Part shown: positions 11,860 to 20,000 of the stretch, in pieces
Numbering within the stretch: position 1 is the first letter of the stretch
Layout: each line of letters opens with the position of its first letter
From: Halocafeteria seosinensis
Lineage: Eukaryota
Length of the DNA stretch: 20,000 bases
Direction of reading: 5' to 3'
Assembly (NCBI GenBank): GCA_001687465.1
Contig: LVLI01000313.1
Location: forward strand, 52,890-72,889
Program-made: the position numbers and the translations under genes
Notes under the pieces: generated by a model
Told to the model about the DNA's origin: nothing
Seen by the model: only the letters and a program-made list of their open reading frames with translations
Databases searched by the model: none

Positions 11860-12565
11860 CTTGGTCACGTATATAGAGCGTAATAAGGAGTAATCCGCCT
11901 CGGAGGGGTCTCCTCAATAACTGAATGCCGGGCGTCTTTCAAATACAGGCCGCGTACTGCGCCACACGAGCACACAAGAGCCTTCACCTGCTCTCTATGA
12001 GCGAGTCGATCGTGCTGCGAGGGCCTCTAAATCATCGTATATACGGCTATACTACCCGAAAGCAAATACTCCACAGTTAAAACAACACAAAAAAATTCAC
12101 ACCACCCTCTTTGATTTAATAAATACAGCCCAGCAATCGAGGAGGTGTACTCAATTCAATATACAAAAAAATTATTCACTAAAATTCGCTTATCTACCCC
12201 TAATTCCTTGACAATCCGTTTTGACTTCCACTGAGAAGTTCCCGCCAGCCGACCGTACTACGTCGCCAGTCAGCCTGAGCGTGAGGCAGTGTGAAGAGAA
12301 GTCGCAAGTATGGTTGGCATACACGACAATCAAGGAACAAGGAACAGAGTGTAATGTAAGAGTATTCCGAAAATCATCCCTGGCGTGAGAATTTCTGAGG
12401 GATTTTCCTTGTGCCCGTGCCCGTAGGTCATGATAGCTGTGTACGTACTCTGCGTTGTACGTTGCTAGTACTGCATGGAATGTGGTGAAATCGGAACGCC
12501 AGCAATAGCCCAGCATCAAAAGACAAGTAGCAGCAGCGTTGGATCCCAAAGATAACTAAAGAGTA

Positions 12566-13210
12566 ATGATAACCACAAAACCCAAACAATGTGTTGCTCC
12601 TCCATGTCAAATGTTGACTGCGGAAGTTGCCGGTTTGGTACGGTACATATGTACCATACGTGACACCGTCATCAGCTTTAGAACACACACACATGTGACA
12701 GATAGCCCACCGGCCGCATTTTCCTTGTTCCCCAGCGAGAGCCCGGTGCATTCCTGGCAATTCTCTTGAGGATCGCGTCTTCTCCGAAGCCGCCCATCGG
12801 TTCTATCGCGAACGAGTGTGTTAGGTGTGTGTGTGTGCTACCCAATCAATGCGTTTTTCCGAAGTACCGCAAATGAAACCCCATGGTTTGAACTCATGAC
12901 CGAGGATGGTGAGTTCTACTATAGTAACGAAAATAATGGAGAAACGAAATGGAGTGTAGCACCTTCGCAATCTATACATGCATACACTGATCAATTTCGG
13001 GACAGTGTGAGTAGAAAAATGTCATCGACATCCAAAGTATTGCGGAGAAAGAGTTCGTCAGGAAACTGTTCCCGAAACCCATTCCCATACATGTACTATC
13101 ACTATGTGTATGTCGCTGCGTTATCGAGTGTGTACACACACACACAAATGTGACAGATAGCCCACCGGGCGGGAAGTACAGGTTCTCACAGACCAAAAAT
13201 TCCAAATTGA
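12566..13210 (+). CDS. Putative small WW-domain protein or gene relic; tentative exons 12566-12637, 12736-12824, 12865-13107, 13192-13210
   Basis: 12881-12964 encodes PWFELMTEDGEFYYSNENNGETKWSVAP, a clear WW consensus (W..DG..YY.N...GET.W..P). Introns 12638-12735, 12825-12864 and 13108-13191 are GT-AG and frame-compatible, but the flanking exons have no recognisable homology. The unspliced alternative ends at 13153. Confidence 0.45.
12683..12713 (+). repeat. Dispersed repeat copy 1: (AC)5-ATGTGACAGATAGCCCACCGG
   Basis: 30/31 identical to 13138-13168; the 21-nt core is at 12693-12713. Confidence 0.9.
13134..13168 (+). repeat. Dispersed repeat copy 2: (AC)6AA-ATGTGACAGATAGCCCACCGG
   Basis: The core 13148-13168 is identical to copy 1 and lies 455 nt downstream in the same orientation. 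Confidence 0.9.
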
Positions 13211-13668
13211 AATTCGAACACACAAAACGAAGCTAAAAAGCCAGTGGCCATTACAGGAGCTCTATGGTATCCACGATAGTTTTACGCATGACAGGGGGAT
13301 ACGAACTACATGTAATCATGTTGGCTTGCTCGTTGGCACAATCCACTCCGCTGCTGGCGAACTTGAAGTTGAGGCTACAGCAACTTCAACAATTCCAGTT
13401 CAAAACGAAGTTTGAAGAAGTTTGAGGCTGTATTCGATGTATTTCCAATGAGTTGATGCATGAATTTTCACTGTATGTTCATGTGTAAGTCTTGCTTCAT
13501 GCAAGGGAAGCAAGCGGGGCGAATAAATCGTCTTGTATGAAGTGTTGAATGGACTTTTGTTTTCTCTTTCACCCTATTATGCATAAGTTTGTGAGCCATA
13601 ATACACTAGATGGAAGGAAAAAATAGATTGCATCGAGCGAATTAGATAGAAACAGAATTGACTGGACC

Positions 13669-15141
13669 ATGAGCACTAGTTTTCGGCGTCATTTCGCTGA
13701 ATATCAGCGTACAGAAGACAGAACGCCCCAAGAGCAACACTTGGATAGTCAACTTGAAGCTCGACATCAGTTATTTCATAATCGTCGTAGGAGCTTAAGG
13801 AAGGGATCATGGAGCCCCACACCCGTTAGTCACAATCATGTGGATACATACCATCAGGAATCGAGTTCTCCGCCATCGGCGTCCGGCAGGGGGGGACGAA
13901 TGGCTGCACCCGAGCAACAACTTCAGCATGCAATTACCCAACATGACGTCAAAGTCACTTACATTCACACTAGGAACAGGTCCCTACAAGGGCCAACGCG
14001 TCTATTAGGGACGGATAAGATAAGGTACGTGTGGATGTAAAGAGCTTCGCTTTTTTTCTCTTTCTACCATTAACCTCGGTGATTCTTCAGACGCGATCCT
14101 CATATCGGTTTCATGGTACATTCGCCTTTGTCACACATGTCATGTACACTTTTGCATCAGCCGAAATCATCGATCGAACCGAAATTGATGCATAAACCAC
14201 ACATGTCTGGGAATGGAGGAAGTGTGGAACAAAATTCATCGAGCGGTGGTCGAGACGGTTGCAATGATAGTAACTGCATTTTCTCGATGGAGGTAGAGAG
14301 ATATATACGCGAGCATGCACGGAACCCCCACGTGGGCCTAAGGCATGCGCCGCCCACGACACAGGTAAGCATTGATAAATTTTCTATGTAGAACCGCTAG
14401 AATCGTGTAGACAATTTTCCCTTGTGTTTCACAGTATGACTTTCCTGGCAAGGATGGAGTGGTGAGGCTTGGTAAACACGCGGTCACGAGGCGAGCAACC
14501 CTAAGAAGACAGCGAGATATGGCAGTGGGGAAGAAGACGAACGACAGATCTCCTGTACTAACTGCTATGTCGAGCGCTGGGTTGATTCCTAACAGGGGAC
14601 GACACCATAAGCATAAGTCGAGCAAGCGGCATAAACACTGCCCGCAGCGGATGGGTTACATGTGAGTCCACTGGTTTTTATATATATTTTTTTTTTTTTT
14701 TTGGCAGTCTCACAGTGTAGATGCTATACTTTATACAACTGCTACTCATGCAGCGACGAGCAAGACGAATACAGAATGATGACTGAATCGTTAGTGACTG
14801 GGGTAGCGCGGACCATGATCTTGAGTTCTAACATGAAGAGTGATAGCATTGAAGTCCCTGAGGACCATGAATATGCCGATGAGGAACTCGAGTGGCCCGA
14901 GGAGCCATCTGATCCTATTGAGGTCGTGGATGAAAACACAGCGGACTCTGGTAGAGGGTACTCCTCGACTTGCAGTAGCCAACCGCTTACACCTATACAG
15001 AGCAGTAGCGGGACGCCACACAGCCACCGGTCGCGCGGTTCTGGTGGGGGATCCCCCGCTGCATTGACTCTACCCCAATCAAGCTGCAAAGACGATGCTT
15101 CACTTTATGGGAATACGCAATCTCAGATGTTCCACCGCTGA
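13669..15141 (+). CDS. Hypothetical low-complexity (His/Ser/Arg-rich) protein, about 414 aa; exons 13669-14024, 14091-14364, 14435-14661, 14754-15141
   Basis: Four consecutive ORFs are joined in frame by strong introns 14025-14090 (GTACGT..TTCAG), 14365-14434 (GTAAGC..CACAG) and 14662-14753 (GTGAGT..TGCAG; alternative in-frame acceptor at 14720). No recognisable domain. Confidence 0.75.
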
Positions 15142-15238
15142 GATTCACTCTAATGTTAGTCCTTGCTGGTGGACATGGTTCATGAGGGTGATGCTAAAAG
15201 ATGCTTGCGACAGGCGACTTTTAGGCTACGCTAATGCT

Positions 15239-18129
15239 TTAAGAATACCTCAAGCTCTTTATCTCTGGAGCTGTTGTATAGAACTCCTCGGATTCCTTGA
15301 GCTCTTTGCTCTTACTACAGTCTCCTGCTTGTTTCATGGGTGGAGCCGCTTCCCACCGACGATGACCGCACTTAGAACACGCTTTAAAACTCTTGGGGGT
15401 GAATTCAGTAGTTCTGCAGAGGAGATGAAAGTGATAGAACATACGAGTCCTTTGCTACTTCCAAATTTACCAATGACCCACCTGTTGTGGCAGTTGCTGC
15501 AGGAAAAGAAATACAGGTCCCTTTTGGAGTGCTCAATGAAGTGTCCCTCCTCTTCGCATATAGTCGGCTTTGATCGCTTAAGACCATTATTACACTGCGA
15601 TAGCAGTTCGCAAAGTAATTATTAAATATTCGGAGCAGACATGTCAAGTACATACATCTAGGCATTGCCACACGGTGACCTTTATTGACTGCCCACAAAT
15701 TTCCGCAGCCTTCTTGCGCATTTCCTCTGCGGTCTCGTGTCTCCCAAGCTTATCAAGCACCTCTTCTTGAGCATCCTCGCTAACCTCCTTCTCATGCCGA
15801 CTCTTTAATTTCAGAGCTTGCTCTACAGCGTTTCGTTTCGCAGTGCTTCTTTGTTTTGGAGCAGACGTCTCTGCTCCACTGTGCTTTAGCGCCTTAGTCG
15901 CCGCGTTTATGTTCTTCTGTTTTATTCGAGCTCGGGCTGCCTCCACCAGATTCTTCTGGTTTTCCGGGTTGCCATATAGCCCCCTCATGCGAATGTTCTC
16001 GGCCGTAACTTGAGAACTGTGACGCGCCATCACCTTGCGCTGGTACTCTCCTGACGCAGACATTTTATTATGAACACCTGCCATCTCACCCGCTCTACTG
16101 GAAGCTTGTTCAGAGGCTCGGTAGCGCATTCGCGGCACAGACTCCCCGCTATCGGACAGACTCTTTCTAAGGTCACGCGACTCTTGAGAGTGATCATCTT
16201 CCGACCTTCGGGTACTTGATGGTTGCTTCTGTAAACTGGCAGACGACGATGTTCCCTCAGATCGAGCCAGTTGCAGAGCTTCCTTGAGAGGATCACTAGA
16301 CTGAAGAGTCTTCCGATGCTGATCAAACTCTTGGCGAGCCTTCTTATGCATTTCGTCTTTCGTTGACGGGTTATACCCAACAGCCTTGCTCAAATAAATA
16401 CCACCACGAGTCAATTGATGAGCCCCTTTACCTCCATGAGATGCTTCTTCGATGGACTTCCCGAGAGTGTTAGCCTCTTTCGAACGTTTCTTTTGCTTCT
16501 CTGAAGAAACAGTGTGAGCCTCGGCAGCCGGAATTGCGCCTCCTTCACCGTCGATTTTCATGACAGTCTTTCGAGAAGATGACCGACTTGATTGATAGCC
16601 GCCTGTTGAAACAGCATTAGGTTGGTATCCGTAAGCTCCTCGGAATCCACCAGGCTTGCATACACCAGTAGTGATGCCCTTATTGCGCAGTGCTTTTTCA
16701 CGGATACTTGGGTTTGATTTCGAGCTAGAGGTCTGTTGACTAGCCTGTGGTGCAAAGTAGAGCCCGGCACCATCAGCGCTCTGAAAGGACCTGTAGCTAT
16801 AGGATCCCTCTGAAATGTTACGAAGTCCTTTCTTGCCTCCGGGTTTTACTAGACCCGCGCTATCAGCGGTGTTGAAGCCGCCACGAGTTCCTACCTTTTT
16901 AAATTCGGACACAAAATGAAACTCGCAAAAGCTCGCTTTGTTGATGTTTACTGGCATTGTGCACTTGTTTCCGTTTTTACAATGCCCTCTGCATCGTCCG
17001 AAATCCGCTGCTTCTCCTATTTGCAAAATCGAATCCCGTGTAGAAATACTGATTGAGAAAGAGCTGCTCGTGTTGCTGGCTGGTATAACTTTGGGATTAC
17101 AGATAAGGACCACACTACCACTTCGCTTTGTCTTGTGACTCTCAAATGCTTCGTCAAAGATGAATAAAGAAATTCGCTTCGAAAAGTCCGTAATCGTTAG
17201 AATAGAGTACTTCTTTCCATTGGAACTCGATTTTGGGTAGCTTCGGTCCGATACTATTCCTATAGTTGCCCACTGTGTTTGCTCGCATACTTCCTTCACT
17301 TTGTGCTGAGAAAATTTGCTTAAACTGTCAAGGGATATAAATTTCATCTCACTCAGCATTGATTTCATTTCCTCTCTTGGCAGTACTCGTTGCCTTAGCC
17401 TTATCCGCGAAAATTTCTCAATGTCGTCACCCATGCGCTCCTCAGAGGCGAGCTTCTGCTTCTTCCGAACCGACACACTATCCCAGTTTGGTGTTTTCTC
17501 TCCAGCAAGCGGCGTGGCCGATGCTCGTTTCCTTTGTTCTCTACGTTCTAGGGCTTTTTTCTGCTTCTCCGTCTCAGATACCTCTGAACTGTGTGAATCG
17601 CTTCTTGTCGACAGCGGTCTATAAGTCAGTGGCTTGGCCACTTCTTTGAAGCCTCGCTTGGCCTTCATTAAGCTCGTTGAAGCTGCTGCTTTCTTCTTCT
17701 TTGGACTACCTTGGTCAACTCTTGCATTGGAAGAAGTGCTCAAGGAATGACTCTTGGAACCCGAAGTTGCTTCCTGGTCATGTGACTTTCCAGCGTCGGA
17801 TGACGAATGCTGTTTGGAGGGATCCGCCACATTGGATGTATCCAAATTTCGAGGAGGATCATTCTCATCTTCCTCGTCATCGTCAACTAGAGCTGCGTAA
17901 CAAGGATATTTAGGGGGGTTTATTCACCTTAATATCCATGATTTTCGCGCCTTTACATACCTAGCAAGTTCGATAAATCGTCATCCTCCTCCTCCTCTTC
18001 ATCAATACAGTTGGGAGAGGCTTTATGGTTCTCGATTGAGGCCGTAGTGGGCTCCTGGGAGGCCTTATTAGCCTCTATAGCGCCTTGGGAAAGACCCTTT
18101 AACGCTCGTGAAGCATCCGTTTCTTCCAT
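15239..18129 (-). CDS. MCM10: DNA replication factor MCM10, about 897 aa; exons 18129-17961, 17892-15656, 15594-15482, 15413-15239
   Basis: Acidic N-terminus (DDDLSNLLALVDD), OB-fold (WATIGIVSDRSYPKSSSNGKKYSILTITDF...SLFIFDEAF) and CCCH zinc finger (DFGRCRGHCKNGNKCTMPVN...FCEFH). After splicing 17893-17960, 15595-15655 and 15414-15481, the C-terminal zinc domain reads CLDC...C....H...FFSCSNC...CSKCG...W. Confidence 0.93.
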
Positions 18130-18279
18130 GTTTTGTTTTTCACTCCATCAACGACACTACATACACTCTGAGGACAACTACTATATCATTCATAAACAAT
18201 GAAGAAGAAGACGAAAAGGCGGCCTTCTCTTGCATTTACAAGACATACGCTGGAGAACCTGCGCTAGAGCACGGTGTTG

Positions 18280-18335
18280 GAATTCAAATGTGAAATTCAA
18301 ATCGCCACACTTCATTTGTTTGAACCAACGGGAAA
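18280..18335. promoter_or_regulatory. Putative MCM10 upstream motif cluster (AATTCAAAT x2; three TTTGAA/TTCAAA hexamers)
   Basis: TTCAAA at 18283-18288 and 18296-18301, and TTTGAA at 18319-18324, all 150-200 nt upstream of the MCM10 ATG. Function is inferred. Confidence 0.3.
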
Positions 18336-19195
18336 GTGTATGCGGAACACAAGAAGGACCAAAGCAAAAATCGACAACCTCGAAATCGGTTATTCAATAA
18401 AGCAGTGTCATTGTTGTATTTCATAGAGACCTCCAACAGATACGTGCATCCTACAGTCCAGTTGTGTGTATCCTTACAGCAACCCTGATCACACCCTGTG
18501 TCTCAAGATACATGTAAGCGTGGTAGCCTGTGGACTTAGAACGTCAACTGATGACGCATTGAGATACAGGCAGAAAACAGCATGGCGAAAGTACTCGTAA
18601 TCACCGTCGCACCGCATGACACACATTCTGCGAAACGGACGAATGGAAGCCTTCTACAAGCATACGTAGTGTACCGTACAGGAAGACTGATCTGCTCGCA
18701 ATTCTTACTTTCTGTGTCAAACGAGTCACCGGGCTTCGCTGATTCACATTCGGCTGTCGAACTGACAAGGCCAATGGTTCCTTTCCCCGTAGCCTTGTCG
18801 CTATCAGAACTCTCGATTCAACCATTAAACAGAAAACGTTATAGCCGGACTTGGCTGCTATGCAGCCGAACGCGGCATTCTCGCTCGACTGTCCCAGGCC
18901 TCTGAAAGAGAAAACGAATACATTCATTAAACTCAAACAGTAGCACGACCTGCCTTGTTGGCTCTTTGTGTCTTACACAATGTCAGCACTTACTCACCGG
19001 TATCGCCACTGATACACAAGTCCCCTTTCTTCCCTTCTCCGGAACTAGCATCAGCAGAAACGCATACGTCCTGTCCTCTTGATTCTTCCCGCTGAGCTTC
19101 TGGACATGGGCGCGCAAACGATATTGTGAGCTCATATGTTCAACAAACCAACAGGCGCCAGCTGCTACCTAAGTGTAGCGGCTAACATCCAGCTG

Positions 19196-19229
19196 CCGGT
19201 GGGCCATCAGTCACATCGTCGTCGTCGTC
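19196..19229 (-). repeat. Dispersed repeat copy 3 (inverted): (GAC)4G-ATGTGACTGATGGCCCACCGG
   Basis: The reverse complement of 19196-19216 matches the core at 19/21 and is preceded on that strand by a GAC microsatellite (19217-19229). Confidence 0.8.
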
Positions 19230-19373
19230 AACAAATGCCAGCGAGAATCATGCTAGGGATAGCGTTTGCCCCGACAAAGAGGACTACAGAAATGGTCAAA
19301 ATTGCAGCACAAGATTTCCTCTTGGAAATGATCTGTAAAAAGAACGCGCTTCCAGGAAGAACAGCAACGCAGG

Positions 19374-19387
19374 ACACACACACACAC
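19374..19387. repeat. (AC)7 microsatellite
   Basis: Directly visible; a similar (GT)6G tract lies at 12825-12837. Confidence 0.9.
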
Positions 19388-20000
19388 GGCCGGGGGCAAA
19401 GTCCTCGTCTTGGTACCCATATCCGTGTAGGAACGGCCCATCGGCCTTGGCCTTCTCCTCAGCAATGTGTATCCGATCATCATCAAAATCGAGATCGAGC
19501 TCCCCAGGACGTGTCGAGAACCTCTTTATTAGCGTCAAATGATCCACAGAGTCGTCGAGGTCCTCCATGTCGACTCCGTGTCTGGAGCCATGTGATGATG
19601 AGGAAGACGACGAGCGTCACGAGCCTCCTTCATAATCGTATGAAGACTCATATACATCTCTATCACTCATTACTATATTCCCAGTAAAAGGATATTCCAC
19701 CTAGATTTCATGTAAAGAGAGGCTCAGACCTGGTTTCTCCAGTTTCAAGTCTTCAGCGTGTAATTTCTCGAGTTCGGAGGAGTCAGTATTACGCTCACAT
19801 GTCTCCGCAAGTCTTTGCCTGGGAGCTACTCCGTTGTCGTAGCCGGAAACGTAAAAAACTGTTCGGAAACCGCGTGGTTGTGCCATACTCACCTAGTATT
19901 ACCCGAGTCGTACCGTATGTATCACCCGCGAGAGTAAAATTTAAAATACCACATAAAAATCAACAATTAAAACAAAAAATATAATATAAAAGTACGGTAA

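Larger units (their letters stand above)
18839..19886 (-). pseudogene. Unresolved spliced gene or pseudogene of unknown function
   Basis: There is a strong intron at 18902-18997 (GTGAGT..TTTTCTCTTTCAG) and an open phase-0 exon at 19168-18998. ORFs 19886-19701 and 19568-19296 share one frame, broken by TAG (19701-19703) and TGA (19617-19619). No homology recognised. Confidence 0.3.

Noticed and set aside
12683..13168. CRISPR-like array from the 31-nt direct repeat
   Set aside because: Only two direct copies 455 nt apart, eukaryotic context, and no cas genes.
14675..14702. TA/poly-T tract as a retroelement tail or terminator
   Set aside because: It lies inside an ordinary intron, with no TSD or element body.
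15095..15625. 176-aa plus-strand ORF
   Set aside because: Antisense to the MCM10 terminal exons with no domain evidence.
19387..19403. CGGCCGGGGGCAAAGTC as a fourth copy of the dispersed motif
   Set aside because: Needs gaps to align, is GC-rich, and its microsatellite is on the opposite side; too weak to count.
19136..19687. 183-aa plus-strand ORF
   Set aside because: It runs through two microsatellites and has no recognisable motifs, and local splice signals favour the minus strand. Not fully excluded.
1..20000. Alternative genetic code or stop-codon readthrough to explain fragmented ORFs
   Set aside because: Canonical introns explain the breaks in all conserved genes; genes end in TAG, TGA and TAA; and standard-code ORFs of 733 and 1549 aa exist.

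Overview
Gene-dense eukaryotic DNA, probably a protist, with short canonical GT-AG introns (mostly 60-100 nt) and the standard genetic code. Splicing the ORF track by hand gives these genes in order: a 5'-truncated Ser/Thr-rich (mucin-like) coding region; a class I cyclic-nucleotide phosphodiesterase, possibly the same gene; an unusually long EFR3-like protein; a convergent UVRAG/Vps38; a cytochrome b5 with no transmembrane tail that ends in a CaaX box; a small putative WW-domain gene; an orphan low-complexity 4-exon gene; a convergent MCM10 with its C-terminal zinc domain; and a poorly resolved minus-strand gene or pseudogene. The strongest unexplained signal is a 21-nt motif, ATGTGAC(A/T)GAT(A/G)GCCCACCGG. 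It occurs three times, only in the two regions without conserved genes, always directly after a microsatellite and 22-27 nt before a plausible splice acceptor. It is a candidate intron-generating or microsatellite-associated mobile element. All family assignments come from motif recognition, not database searches.
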